A DNA stretch of 62,365 bases, filler included, from Squatina squatina (GCA_031763465.1; 4 parts of 4 records of this genome joined end to end with filler, not necessarily neighbours in it); one strand, 5' to 3'. Positions 13,441-26,331 are shown, counted from the whole stretch's first letter. Notes: a model not told the origin generated them from the letters alone. Made by a program: numbers and translations.

Positions 13441-14109
13441 TAAAATCAGATTGCACGGGACTGTGTTGTGTTGTCGTTGCTCTGGTGCAGCTGTTGACGT
13501 GCAACAGCACAATTAATCAGTTTTAATTTAAAAATGCATTTTAGAAGTCCACACAATGGTAGATATTAGCATTTGATGTAGCACAGACTTTTTATTAAAC
13601 CTAATTGCACAAGATGGAGCTGTCCAGGAAATGTTTGGAACCAACTAGTCCTGCCTTTTCAAGAGCTGAGCCTTGNNNNNNNNNNTTATTTAAATGGAAA
13701 TAGCAAGGATGTATTCTGACGTTAGTACCAGTTTCAGGTGGATAAAAGGGCCTAGAATTTAGGCTGGGCCCGTTTTCTGGACCAACACGTACTTGAGTTG
13801 AGAGGCTCGAAGATTGATGGAAATTGGTCCTCGTCCTCATCAACATACTTGGCATGAGCTGCCAACACTGGTCGTGACTCTGTGGCCAGCTCGCCTGAGC
13901 AAAGGTATCAGATAAGTTCTGGGAGGGGGGATTGGAGTGGGCTACAGGGTTAGGGAGGGGCAGCAATTACAACAGGTTTTTTTTTAAAAAACAAATAAAA
14001 ATTTGTAACTTACCTGGAGTTGGCGGCCACAGCGGGTTTCTGAAAAATCCAGAAGCCAGCTCATTGCCAACTAATTTCTTAATGGGGTCTTTTTAAGATG
14101 CTTGACACT

Positions 14110-14209
14110 NNNNNNNNNNNNNNNNNNNNNNNNNNNNNNNNNNNNNNNNNNNNTTAATTAATTAANNNNNNNNNNNNNNNNNNNNNNNNNNNNNNNNNNN
14201 NNNNNNNNN
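14110..14209. other. Artificial scaffold-joining spacer
   Basis: 44 N + TTAATTAATTAA (14154-14165; stop codons in all six frames) + 44 N. Confidence 0.97.
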
Positions 14210-14764
14210 CCTGAAAAACCGCTTTTAAAATCTTGAAACGGAGCCGAATTCCTTGTCAGGTGGCTATTTTTGACGCTGCGCCTGCTGATGACATCATGGG
14301 CGACATCAAACACCCAATGCCAAGTTTCTCGTGCTGCAGGGGCAGAGCCCATTTAGCGCCTGCGCTGGCCCAATGTCATTCTGCATCGGAGCCCCTTAGC
14401 GCCCAAAACGGGCATTAGACCCCTACCGCCCATTTAGTGCTCATTTTACGCTTGCACTGGGACACCAATTGAGTGCTCGTTATATTCGTAGAAGGTTGAT
14501 AATCCTGTCAGATCTCTGTTAACACCAAAAAGACTCAAAATTAAGTTTAAAGGCTGCATTTATATTAGCACCGTTCCAAACTTGGATTCTGGAAGACAGG
14601 TATCCATGAACCAGCTCCCAGCATTCCTGTTGCCAAATCTGGCTCCCATATGTCAGCATCAATCCCGTAGACTCAAAAATATGAGTCTGCTTCCGGTTTA
14701 ACGGAGGACGATTTAGATGGGAGCCAGTTCACAGACAATGATTCCAGTGACTCTGAATTAAAAT

Positions 14765-14872
14765 GAAAGAAAGAAAATCTTGCATTTATACAGCACCTTT
14801 CACAACCTCGGGATGTCCCAAAGCACTTTACAGCCATTGAAGTAATTTTGAAGTGTAGTCGCTGTTGTAATG
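14765..14872 (-). mobile_element. DeuSINE 3' tail (antisense)
   Basis: Reverse complement ATTACAACAGCGACTACACTTCAAAA..GAGGTTGTGAAAGGTGCTGTATAAATGCAAG matches the tail of the copy at 15360-15445. Confidence 0.75.
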
Positions 14873-15039
14873 AGGGATGGAAAAACAGGAGAGTTTTCTC
14901 TAGGCTACACTCATGTGCCTCCTAGTGGGCAGCTCAGTGCAGCATTGGGGGAACCCTGGGACCATGCCACGCATACTCTGCCATAGATGGTATGTATTCT
15001 AGCGAGACTACAAAAGGATCTAATTTCAAAAGAATGTGT

Positions 15040-15445
15040 CAGTCATGATTCATTTGGTAGCCTTTGAGTGAGAAGGTTATGGGCTCAAGACCCACTCTAG
15101 CGACTTGAGTACAAAATCTAGGCTGACAAAACCAGTACAGTACTGAGGGAGTGCTTCAACTTTCAGAAGAGATGTTAAACAGTCTTTTCAGGTTGATGTA
15201 AAGGACCCCATGGCAATGTTTTGAAGACGAGCAGGGGAGATCTCCCCAGGTGTCCTGGCCAATATTTATCCCTCAACCAACATCACTAAAACAGATTATC
15301 TGGCCATTATCACATATTTGTAGGAGCTTGCTGTGCACAAATTGGCTGCTGCGTTTTATATTACAACAGAGACTACGCTTCAAAAGTGAAGTGCTTTGTG
15401 ATGTCCTGAGGTCATAAAAGGCATTATATTAATGCAGCTTTCTTT
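15040..15445 (+). mobile_element. Near full-length DeuSINE (SacSINE1-like)
   Basis: tRNA-like head (GGGCTCAAGACCC B-box remnant), Deu core GTAAAGGACCCCATGGCA..GGTGTCCTGGCCAATATTTATCCCTCAACC and LINE-derived tail ending TATATTAATGCAG. Confidence 0.8.
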
Positions 15446-15889
15446 TCTTCCTTCTTTCCTTCAACTTAATTTTTTTTAATGTATGATTCACTTTCTGTAA
15501 TTGAATAAACTTTATATAAAATCAAGGCTGAAGAAAAAAAATTCCATAACTCCAAAATATAAAATCATAAGTGTTAATAAGTGTGCCTCATGAGAGCAAT
15601 ACAAATCTATTTAAATTCTGAAATATGTTGTGTTCTGTGTATAACATAAAGGCATCTGATTAATTTTTGTTTGTTTTAATCATTCTTATTTAGCAGTGTC
15701 TAAAAGTTGCAGTGATTTTGTTGAGCAGAAGTAGGCTGGGCAAATTCTAATAGTTATGCAGTGAGTCTGAATGTTGCATTTTTATTGTCAGAAAGAGAGG
15801 GATAAAACGTAGTTCTTTCTGTTTACAAAATCTTGCACTTTTTTTTGAATGAAGGAGATTTAAATAGTAATGATTCTGTCTCTCCACAG

Positions 15890-16045
15890 ATTAAAGTGAT
15901 GCACAACCAGCTCCTTCTCTTTCAAAATGCTGTATCTGCCTACTTTGCTGGCAACCAGCATCAACTTGAACAGGTGCTTAAACAGTTCCACATTAAGTTG
16001 AAGGCTCCTGGCTCGGACGGTCCTTCCTGGCTGGAGGAACAGTGA
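15890..16045 (+). CDS. ARFIP1: Arfaptin-1 terminal coding exon
   Basis: tctccacag|ATT..TGA; [51 protein letters not shown] is the arfaptin C-terminus. KQFHIKLK and the position upstream of FHDC1 favour ARFIP1 over ARFIP2. Confidence 0.92.
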   Translation: MKVMHNQLLLFQNAVSAYFAGNQHQLEQVLKQFHIKLKAPGSDGPSWLEEQ

Positions 16046-16199
16046 TGTCTCAAAACCTCAAGAAATGATTGATGCAGTTATAAAATCTATCTGAATTCTN
16101 NNNNNNNNNNNNNNNNNNNNNNNNNNNNNNNNNNNNNNNNNNNNNNNNNNNNNNNNNNNNNNNNNNNNNNNNNNNNNNNNNNNNNNNNNNNNNNNNNNN

Positions 16200-16770
16200 C
16201 CTTGGAAGGGCAAGTTGAGAAGGCGGCTAAGAAAATGTATGGGATACTTGACTTTGTAAATAGGAGCACTGAATAAAAAAAACAAGGAAATCAGGTGAAA
16301 ACTTTACAAATCTCTGGCTGGGTCTCAACTGGAGTATTATAAACAATTCTGAGCACCACACTTTAGGAAGGATATCAAGGCCATGGAGAGGGTACAGAGG
16401 AGGTTTACTAGGAAGATACCAAGGATGAGGGACTTCAGTTAGGTGGAGAGATTGGAGAAGCTGGAATTGTTCTCCTTAGAAGTTAAGGGGAAACCTAATA
16501 CAGATATTCAAAATTATGAGGATTTAGTAGAGCAAGTAGCAAGAAACTCTTTCTTCTGGCAAACAGGTCAGTAACCAGAGATCATAGATTTTAAATAACT
16601 GGCAAAAGAACTACAGGGGAAATGAGAATTTTTTCAAACAGAGGCTGGTTAAGATCTGGAACACACTACCTGAATGGGTGGTGGAATGAGATTCCATAGG
16701 AACTTTCAAAAGACAATTGAGCACGTTCTTTGAAGGGTTATGGAGAAAAAGCTAGGGACTAAACTGGACA
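16200..16770 (+). mobile_element. CR1 LINE ORF2 C-terminus and 3' end, degenerate
   Basis: GQVEKAAKK.YGIL.FVNR..LYKSL..QLEY..QF*APHFRKDIKAMERVQRRFTR..ERLEKLELFSL. Confidence 0.85.
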
Positions 16771-17699
16771 TCAAAATTTTATATACAAGTTCTTTCACAA
16801 AACGGGCACCCGAGTTCACAAAGCAAGTGAACTGTTAAGCAAAATGTAATGTCTTTGCAGAGCAATAGAATAGATAGCACCTGAATGAAGCACCTGTGCT
16901 GAGTTAAATGGCTGCTTTAGCATTCTAAATTGCAGTCAATACTGTACTTCCAATTATTTATTCATTTGTTAATTGTGTCAAATGAGAATCCTTGAGACGG
17001 GGTCAGGGAGGGGGAAATGTAACTTTATTACAAAGGCATCAAGCAATGATGTATTAATATTTGCAAACATCTGGAGACGAGTGGAAGAATGTTAACTTGG
17101 TGTCATCAACACTCAAGATTTGCTTGCTTTTGATTTGACATCATTGCTATTTTCTTAATGGTGTAACTCTAAATAATTAAGCCACGTACCAGCCTTATTG
17201 TCTACAATCGTGTGCCTTTACAATACATTTTCCCACTTTAGCCATGATACTGAAGTTCTTGAAACATTTTACTATCTGCTATATCTTCTTACCACCTCCA
17301 AAAGGGCATGTGGGGTGGGGGGGTGCGGGTGGTGCGAGGAGGGAGAAAAACAAGATGGTGTGAGTTATTTACTCCTTGTATTTCTGTTGTGAGACTCTAT
17401 TATATGCATTNNNNNNNNNNNNNNNNNNNNNNNNNNNNNNNNNNNNAATGTACTGTCATTCACTGATTTTTTTCATTCTTTGAAATTAATGCTCCTACAT
17501 GTAAGTTTTGGATTGCCATTCTGCTTAAGCTTTATGGCAATGCCTTCTGCATTCTGTATATCAATTATTTAACATTAAATTAATCTCGTATTTTAATGTA
17601 AAACATAATTGCATTATTTAATTTTTTTTTCTTTATGGTTGTCTGTCACGATTTGTTGTTGAAGTTAATATCCGGATTGTGCCTCTATTATAAATACAC

Positions 17700-17885
17700 T
17701 ATGTACAAATTAAAAGGTGTTTGCTGCAAGCCAGGTTTCTGAATGCTATGTTTTAAAAAGAACACATGGGAATATTTTTAAATCTGATCGTATGAATACA
17801 CGTGCCTAAGTGGGATTGATTCTGCAGCTTTTTCATATTGCTGCATATTCATGAGCCCTCCCAGAATGTCCTTGCAATAAAGGGC
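17700..17885 (+). terminator. Candidate ARFIP1 polyadenylation signals
   Basis: ATTAAA near 17709 and AATAAA at 17876-17881, at the end of an AU-rich 3'UTR-like tract. Confidence 0.35.
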
Positions 17886-20589
17886 TTTGAGTTCATGGGG
17901 ATCTTGTGTGAAATGAGAGTGTCAGTCTGTGGTCCAGTAGGTATCTGATTCTCTACTAAAGGAAGATGACATGGTTACAGTTCTGATACTTGTAACCTAG
18001 TTACTCTGTCTTGAACACTATTCATGCTATTATTGTGGACATTCTGTGAAAGAGCACTTGTCCGTGAAAGAGCATTTATTGATACCAGCAGAATTTCCTT
18101 TACAGAGAGTCTGCTGTTAACAACTTAGAGAAAAATAGTCCTGGGAAAATATTCTCACTTGCTCAATCAAAACAAAAACCTTTACAATTTTTTTTCATTT
18201 TGATGTTGGTCACCACAACCTGTTTCCCGAAAAGTAGCATCAAGTGCGATATGTCCTTTTACTGGCTGTCTGCGGGGTACTGCTTGGAAAAAAAAAACAA
18301 ATCATGCTGTTTTATTTTTCTACCCTGTCCTGTCTCTCTAGCCTCCTCAAACTATCCACCATCCCAGCCTCTGCCTTTACTACTCTAGACTAGGCCACGT
18401 TAAGGTGTACAACAGGGAATTAGGTGATTTGTGCTCCCTCCCTTTCCAGGAGGAATATCTTGGCCTGCCCACAGTGGGATGCTTGGATTAATTACTGAAT
18501 CAAACTCGCTTCGGGTAACTCCATTTACAAGGTGCATCAGGAGTACCAACCCACGCTGCTTAACATGAAGAGCTCCAAAACATACTTTCAAAACTTGACA
18601 CCATTTGATATGGGTGGGCCAGGGGCTGTAGGGGTAAAATAGGTATGCATGAACTTACCTGAGAATGTCTTCTGTTTTTCTAACTTAAATATTAACAATA
18701 TGCTGAATTTGACAAACTCGAGATTCTGGTGGCCTCAAACATGTCATCAGCCAGATCTACACTGCTCTGTGGGATTTTGTTTTCTTGAGTTACTGGTGAA
18801 CCAAGGGGGCGGGAGGGGGCAACAAACTCTTAGTGACTGGCAGTTTTGACTGATTAAATATTTAATTTGGTGGAAATGTTTTGAGCCCAAATTCATAAAT
18901 GCGTCTGTACTCTTAGGGCTCCGAGTGTGTTGGGGATGATGTTCAGGGGCATCAAGAGCAGTGTGTAGGAGTGAGGATTAGCAGCATTGCAAAATATGTC
19001 ATCTGTGTGTATGGATATTCAGATGTTTTCATTGGTACGACAGTGATATTGATACNNNNNNNNNNNNNNNNNNNNNNNNNNNNNNNNNNNNNNNNNNNNN
19101 NNNNNNNNNNNNNNNNNNNNNNNNNNNNNNNNNNNNNNNNNNNNNNNNNNNNNNNCCTTTGCATCCTTGCAGACACTGAAATGTTTTTTCCAAACACTCT
19201 TTAACCATCTGAACTCAAAGGCCAGTCATGCTATGCGATCCTCCTTAAATGTTGATTTTGACGAGTGAAAATGCAACTGGTCGCCGCGACCATGCTAACC
19301 TACACTGGCTGGAAAATCGCCCACTGCTCAGGGTTATAACGCTGAAGAGTTCGAGTTTCCTCTGGCACCACTTGTTTCACAAATCACTAATAAGCGATTT
19401 TGGGCTGCCCGATGGGATAAACACACTTCTTCTGTATTCATGTAAATATTAGGCGGTTTGTTTCTCCAAAGAATTCTTACAAAGCTTCTTTTGTCCTGAA
19501 AGGGCTGTTACATTTCTTTGCACTTCCTCTGATTTAAAAAAACAATTCCAAGAATCACAATAAAAATGCAAACCTGAAATGACGCATTTCTGAGTCACAC
19601 CGAGTTGCGTGTTAGTTTATTGCAGGGTTTGGATTAATGAATGTCAGACTCTTAGATAACTTGCGGTTTTACCTTCCCCTTTGAATGTACTAAGTGTGCC
19701 ATGCTACTCATTGGGTTCACCTTAAATCTATGGTCATTTTTTGGATGAGAAAAGCCTTGTTCGGTTTGTGCACCCACCGTTTAAATAAGATCCAGCCTAA
19801 GCATTTTCACATAATTCTATAAATGAAGGCAGAAATATACTGGTGCTGACGGTGTATGTTTATATAAGTTTGCATTTTAGAATAAAGGTGAGGTCGATAT
19901 CGACATTGTGAACGTGCTGGGCTTCATGGAATTGCAAAAGCTGCCGTGTTATTCACAGACACCACCGAATAACAGGGTGTTACTGGAGTTATTTTAAGGG
20001 GTTCTTTCTCTTAAATGGGTGGATTTCGGCGAGATTGATGATTTATAATCAAATCGGATTGAAAATATTTAAAGCGATGTTATCTGTTTCCCAGCAAACT
20101 AACTGAACATTACACCCGACCTGAACTGAGGGCGCTCTGTAACTATTTAACTCGATTTACAGTTATATAATTTATAAAGTAAATGATCAGGGCGAAATAA
20201 TTCATAGGTTAATTCCAATGAGGATGCCAACTCCTTTCGGGCCAGGTTTTCAAATCGCGATAGCCTGTTTATCCTTTGTTGTGTGTATATGCAGCGAATG
20301 CAATACTGTAAATACTGGGCATATTATTACAGATCAGAATATGTTTAACGGGATCATGGCGCATGCATATATTAGATCGCATCAAGTTTCATTTTTTTTC
20401 ACTGATACTTAAAAAAATAACTACATTTTCTGGTGATGTGTAATTTTTTTTACCATATAAATAATTCACATACCTTTCCATTTCTTCGCACCAATCTAGT
20501 GATACAATACAATACGTGGGATGGGGACCTTCTCGGGATGGATGTGTTAAGGGGACGCTGCTGGGTTTGTTTTGTTGTGTAAATAAAAG

Positions 20590-20840
20590 CGCTGGATTGT
20601 AATAGCAGGGCTGGCGAAGGAACAGGGCGGCTGCGAGCACCTGAAGAAGCCCCGCCTGGTGCCGCGCATGCGCAGCGCCGCCGCTCAGGCCGGGCTGCGA
20701 GGAGAGCGCGAGCGCCTGATTCCCGGGGAGCTCGAGGAGATGTAACCATTGTGGAGATTGTAACCTTCCCGGACATCAAACAGCGGTACACAGCGCCTTC
20801 TCTCACACCCCCGGCACAGTGTGCAAGGAAAAGGCAAGTA
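20590..20840 (+). promoter_or_regulatory. CpG-rich promoter and probable non-coding first exon of FHDC1
   Basis: Local CpG enrichment, GC box CCCCGCCT (20650-20657), NRF1 consensus CGCGCATGCGCA (20663-20674), candidate donor AAG|GCAAGT at 20833/20834; ~3 kb (with one gap) upstream of the FHDC1 ATG. Confidence 0.7.
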
Positions 20841-22859
20841 TGTGTCCCAGTGTGTATAAAGTGTGTGGCATCAGTCAACTATTCCTAATGGACTTGTGTG
20901 GTGCAACCGGTTGTTTCAATGGGAATGAGATTAGTTCCACCGCCTTCTACCAGCCCGATTTTCGCCACATTAGTGAATTGCTTCGTGGATGTTAAGCTCC
21001 GATATATTTTCAAATGTTTATTTACGAACTTGCAATTTTTTCCTTCCGATTAATTTCAAGGGTTCTTTTATTTTAAACCTTCACATAACTGAGGGGATGG
21101 GATGGAGGCAGAGTTGTATTTTGCTGTTGTGTCTGAAAAGCGTATGCTTCGAATCTGTGTGTGAAAGACGGAGTTGCTGGCGAGAGGCGAATCTCCTGCA
21201 GCAGTAGCAGGTTCCCCGCCACCCGGCCGCTGGTCGCTTTGCAAAGCGCTCATTTGGAGCCAGCGAAACATGAGGGCTGCAGGATTAAAAAAAAAATGCA
21301 GTGTGTGTTGAGTTGTTAACGAAGTAGCAGAACCGGATTTGGTGCAAGTTTTTTTTTTAACTATTAATAATTTAGAAAGGACCACCTAGGTACCAATAAT
21401 GTGAAGAGGAAGTCTGTCGTAGTTGGGTGCAGAAAAGGACCACACCATGCTGGTCTTTTCTATTGATTGCAGCACATTACATTCACATCAGGTCCTGTGG
21501 TTATTGATCAACGGGTGATTGACGGGTTTAAAAAAAAGACCGGTTGCAGTCCCCTGATCTTTATTGAGGCCAGCTAGCAGTTTCTATTCGGAATAAAGCG
21601 AGCTCGCAGGTAGGGCATCAGGGGTATGCTAAGAAGGGGACGCCGGCACAATGCGTGTTTGTGCCACTTTTTATCAGCAGGACAAAAGGCTGCTGTTTGG
21701 GACTGAGATCACCCCGGCAATTACGCTGTCAGAAACGGACGGATCAGATGCAGAGAATCAGCGGCGTCTCAACAGTGGAGGGAAGGAGTAGGAGAGAATA
21801 TCAGCATAGAAACGGCTGCCAAGGACCCCAGCGTCGCTTGCTTTTTTTTTGTTTGNNNNNNNNNNNNNNNNNNNNNNNNNNNNNNNNNNNNNNNNNNNNN
21901 NNNNNNNNNNNNNNNNNNNNNNNNNNNNNNNNNNNNNNNNNNNNNNNNNNNNNNNCAATATACTGGGCTAACTATAGTCAATTTGATTGTAAATCATTGA
22001 ACATAGTTCAAGATATAGTTATGACTTTATGAAGAACCTCATAAGTTAGATAGGCTCCATTTTCAGTTAGCTTGTGACCTGAAAATGTTCTGCTTCAGGT
22101 TTATTCCTCACCTGAGGATCTCCAGAGTGCCCCGCGGCATTGACTTATAATCAAGGATCTGCCTTGACAAACAGACCCAAAAATTGTAAAATGTGTTCCA
22201 GGGCTCACATTCCAAAACATGGTATCAGACAAGAAGTCGAAAATCTAAAAGCAGCCGCTGCTTGTAAACAAACTTGCGCTGCTTTTTGTGACTGAAAATG
22301 CTTAAGTAAATAAGAATTGTCTTTTCACAACCATACTGCAGATGCCAGTTAACAAAAAGCTATTGCTTCAGTAATGTAATATCTTTGTCTCCTGAACCAC
22401 ATGGATTGCTTTTTCGCCAACCTGAGTACCTATACATAATCCATTTCTCTGTCTCTTACTGCCAGTTGTCAATTACTGTAAATCATGTGGGAACAAGTGC
22501 CTTTGCTTGCCTACTGCAAAGGGCATTGTTTTCATAGTGAAAAGGACTGATTATTTTTCATATAAGTTATTAAAAGAGTTATTTGTGAGAAGAATGCTAG
22601 TAGGTGTGCACAATTTATACTGAGGTATTATTGAATTTGAATTCTAGTATTAAAAATGAATGCAGTTTTGAACTGAAAGTTGTTCTTGAGGAATGTTATC
22701 TTGTCAGGAATCTTTGATACATTTATATTAAATTTTTATAGTATGTTAAAACTAAAGGCATCAATCTGTAATATGTTTGAGCCAGTATGAAACAAAAATA
22801 GTCTCATGGGATTACAAAAAATAAATAATTTTAATAGAAAAAAGAAGCTCTCCTAATGG

Positions 22860-23250
22860 GTACTAGGTGTGGGATACTGAGCTGGACATAACCGGAAAGT
22901 GCCAGATATGATCCCTGATTTGTGCTGAGTTAGCAGATTTCGCCTTGAGTAGGAGGAGGGAAAACAGTGTTGAAGTTAGCATTAGTGTCCCTTGGCAATG
23001 GATGGGTAAATTGGCTAGTGTCCCTGCTTCTAAATACATTTCAATTAAATCTGCTTGAAGTGCCTGTGTGAGATAGGCACACACACAGAATTTCATTCAG
23101 TTAGGATGACCCCAAAGCGAATGACCTATTTACAATCTCTGTTCAGGTTCCTGCAAAGAGAATAGCTACATGGTGAAGTATTAAGGTGCTTCTAGCATCT
23201 ATGAGACTGTACCCCACCATGAATCACCACCTCCATGAGAAAAATAAGAG
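22860..23250 (+). mobile_element. Second SINE-like dispersed repeat family
   Basis: Shared blocks (TGTGCTGAGTTAGC..; (T/C)CCTGC(T/A)CCTGATC..GGAAAGTG..GGTGAGG) recur at ~30700-30950 (+), ~57940-58150 (-) and ~61560-61720 (+). Confidence 0.55.
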
Positions 23251-23795
23251 AGAAAATCTGCAAAGAGATAATATAATTTCCCACAATTTGGGACCACCAT
23301 TTTGATGCTGGTATTCTCTGAGTATTATTTTCATTGATTCAGGAGAGACCTGTCAGGGATGAATTAAGTATATTGCATATTGAAATTTCAGCACAACTTC
23401 AAGCAATAAATGTTTGGTAAATGTAGTGCATGGGAGTCCTGGCCAATATTTATTCCCCAAAACATGTCTCTTTAGGGGGTATTTTATAAGGGGTAATATG
23501 AGAGTCTTTGCATGAGATACATGTGTCTGATTGATTATTCCATTCATTTAATATGAATAGATCTCTTGTTTTATTTTTGATTTATAAACAGGTTTTGGTG
23601 CTTTGGTAGACCAACCATGTTAAAATATGAGTCTTCTGGGACATTTTATTCTACAATGGACCGTGTCCAGAAAATCCTATGACTGAGAAGAGTTTATCAG
23701 CAGAAGTTGGAACAATGGCTGTGATTTGGCCTAGCCATTAAAGACCTTACAAGGGAGGAGAAAAGCCAAGTTACTTTTTTTTTCCTGGGATTACA

Positions 23796-24218
23796 ATGCA
23801 AGTGATGAGTTGCCTGTCATTTGTAAATGACAAAGAGAATGCAAGTTCTCCATCAGTCACTGATTTAGGACCTGGACCACCACCACCACCACCACCACCA
23901 CCTCCTCCTCCACTTCCAGGACTTCCTCCAGGGCCACCACCTCCACCACCACCACCACCTCCACCACCAGGGCCTCCACCTCCACCAGGTTCCCATACTC
24001 GTCATCAAAAACGGATTCGCAGTTTCTTCTGGAAAACCATTCCTGAGGAGCATATCCGTGGAAAAACTAATATTTGGACGGTTAGCGCAAGAGAACACTC
24101 TTACAGGATCGACACCAGTACTATTGAGGAACTGTTTGGACAGCAAGATGAAGTCAAATCTAAATTTGGTACAACAAACAAGAATTCAAGATCCCTATTT
24201 AAAAACAACAGCAAAGAG
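23796..24218 (+). CDS. FHDC1: FHDC1 (INF1 formin) first coding exon: FH1 polyproline and start of FH2
   Basis: MQVMSCLSFVNDKEN..poly-Pro..KRIRSFFWKTIPEEHIRGKTNIWT..IDTSTIEELFGQQ matches FHDC1; donor GAG|gtaaaa at 24219; likely acceptor at 23590-23591. Confidence 0.95.
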
Positions 24219-24289
24219 GTAAAATCAGCATTTGAGCTTTGTGTATTTTCTATTTTATTGCAAGATATAGGTTATTTCCAAATGTATTA

Positions 24290-24507
24290 GGTGTCAGTGG
24301 TAACGTTCTCATCTCTAAGTTAGAAGCTGTGGGTTCAAGTCCCACTCCAGAGGCTCGAGTGATTGTCTAGGCTGACACTGTAGTGCAATACTGAGGCAGT
24401 GCTGCATTGACAGAGGTGCCATCTTTTGGATGAGACAGTAAACCCAGGCCCAGGTGGAGGTAATAGATCTCAAGGCACTATTTTGAAGAAGTGCAGGGCA
24501 GCCTGGT
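24290..24507 (+). mobile_element. DeuSINE 5' portion
   Basis: tRNA-like head with B-box GGTTCAAGTCCC, then CTAGGCTGACAC..TACTGAGG.AGTGCTGCA; truncated by a gap. Confidence 0.75.
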
Positions 24508-26331
24508 NNNNNNNNNNNNNNNNNNNNNNNNNNNNNNNNNNNNNNNNNNNNNNNNNNNNNNNNNNNNNNNNNNNNNNNNNNNNNNNNNNNNNNNNNNNNN
24601 NNNNNNNTTCATCGTTGAACAATTCTCTTGTATTCAAAATCCCACAATTCACTTACTCTCGGCACTATTTCAGAATGATAACTGTCGTTTAATAGATGGC
24701 TGCTAAAAGGTCAAACCACTTTATAAAATTAAAAATTTAAACATGAACAGTGTGCAGTGCATTCTCGCTTTCGTTATATATTTGAATGAAGATGTGTAGA
24801 AGCTGCAGGAAATAAGATACTGTACTGTATCTTCTAGCTAGTATTACAGGTTGCTGTTTGCAAGATCACTTACCTGAGTTGCAGTTGTGAAAGAAAAAAT
24901 ACTGCAGCAGTGACCTAATTATGGGAGATACAGACTCGGGAGTCTCTTCCAAATGAAATGAAATTAGTTTGAACAGTTTCCCAAATTAATACATCTTGGC
25001 ACAAATGATTATGCAAAAGCTCAGGCAGCTATTTGCTTAGTCAAATTTTGAAGTAATTCATCGACTTGTCAACAAGCAAACCTGAACCCGCAAAAGAACA
25101 AAAAATAAGCAATTTTTTTCTTTGGACTGTTAATGTTATGTTAATCCTTTAGTATTGATCCAGTGTNNNNNNNNNNNNNNNNNNNNNNNNNNNNNNNNNN
25201 NNNNNNNNNNNNNNNNNNNNNNNNNNNNNNNNNNNNNNNNNNNNNNNNNNNNNNNNNNNNNNNNNNCCCAGGTTTAAACATCCATGCCTGTTAATTTCAA
25301 CTGTTAGCATTGGGCCAGTGAGGTTGAAGAGCTTCACTGATTGCAATGGGTTTCAATGCCTCAGTGATCCCCCATTGTAAATTTCTGCCTCTGCTGGTCA
25401 AGTTGCCACAACAACAGTCAGCAGTATAACAGTTGGATTGAAATATATATATATATATATATCATCGACCCTATAATAAGACTTGTTTTTTAAGTGAGAA
25501 TATATATTCCTGTTTTTATTTATCTTTTCCCCATCCTTTTTTCAGACCATGCATAAACATCAGTTGGTAAACAAATCCTGGGCCCCCTGAGACCAGACTA
25601 CTCTTCCTCTGAGAATGCACTGGGGTTGGGGGTGGCGGGGTGGGGGGGGGCGGGGGCGGTTGGTGAATGACAAGTTAAGTGGTTGCAGCCTGATTGAACA
25701 AATGGACCCTAGTTACAGGCTCTCATTGCAATTAATGTAATATTTTATCAGCAATGAGGACAGATAGTGGGGAAGTGCGGGTTTTACTATACTGCTTAAC
25801 AAAATGAGAATTGGACAATTGGAAAAATTAATCTTTTTTTTAAACTAAGAGAAATTCTTCATACGTATTTCTAAATAAAAGACAAAGAAAGGTGTTTGCT
25901 GATTGGGGGTTGGATCACGAGGGAATTCCTCAGACACTACCACTAATAATTTACTGAGCTGATAGATGTTTTCGGATGACTTTCCTTTCACTTCAGGCAC
26001 TGTGACTAGCAGATGGCGCCAGCTTCACTACATTCTTCAAAGTAATTGTCTTCTCTGTGATCCCCACCCCCACCAAATCTGGAGCTGCAATTTTTTTAAA
26101 AGTTTATTTGAAAAACCCTGTCTTAACTTGTTTTTGATATAATTGTTGTTATCATCAAGGACTGTGTGCAGACAGCATGGAGTAAATCATGCCCAGTACA
26201 TTGATGAAGAATAATTCCAAGCACCTTTTGGNNNNNNNNNNNNNNNNNNNNNNNNNNNNNNNNNNNNNNNNNNNNNNNNNNNNNNNNNNNNNNNNNNNNN
26301 NNNNNNNNNNNNNNNNNNNNNNNNNNNNNNN

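Noticed and set aside
14154-14165. TTAATTAATTAA as a regulatory or homeodomain site
   Set aside because: Identical 44N-12-44N layout three times marks it as a synthetic linker
14670-14765. Acidic reading frame ending ..TEDDLDGSQFTDNDSSDSELK*
   Set aside because: Weak acceptor, no recognised homologue, flanked by repeats
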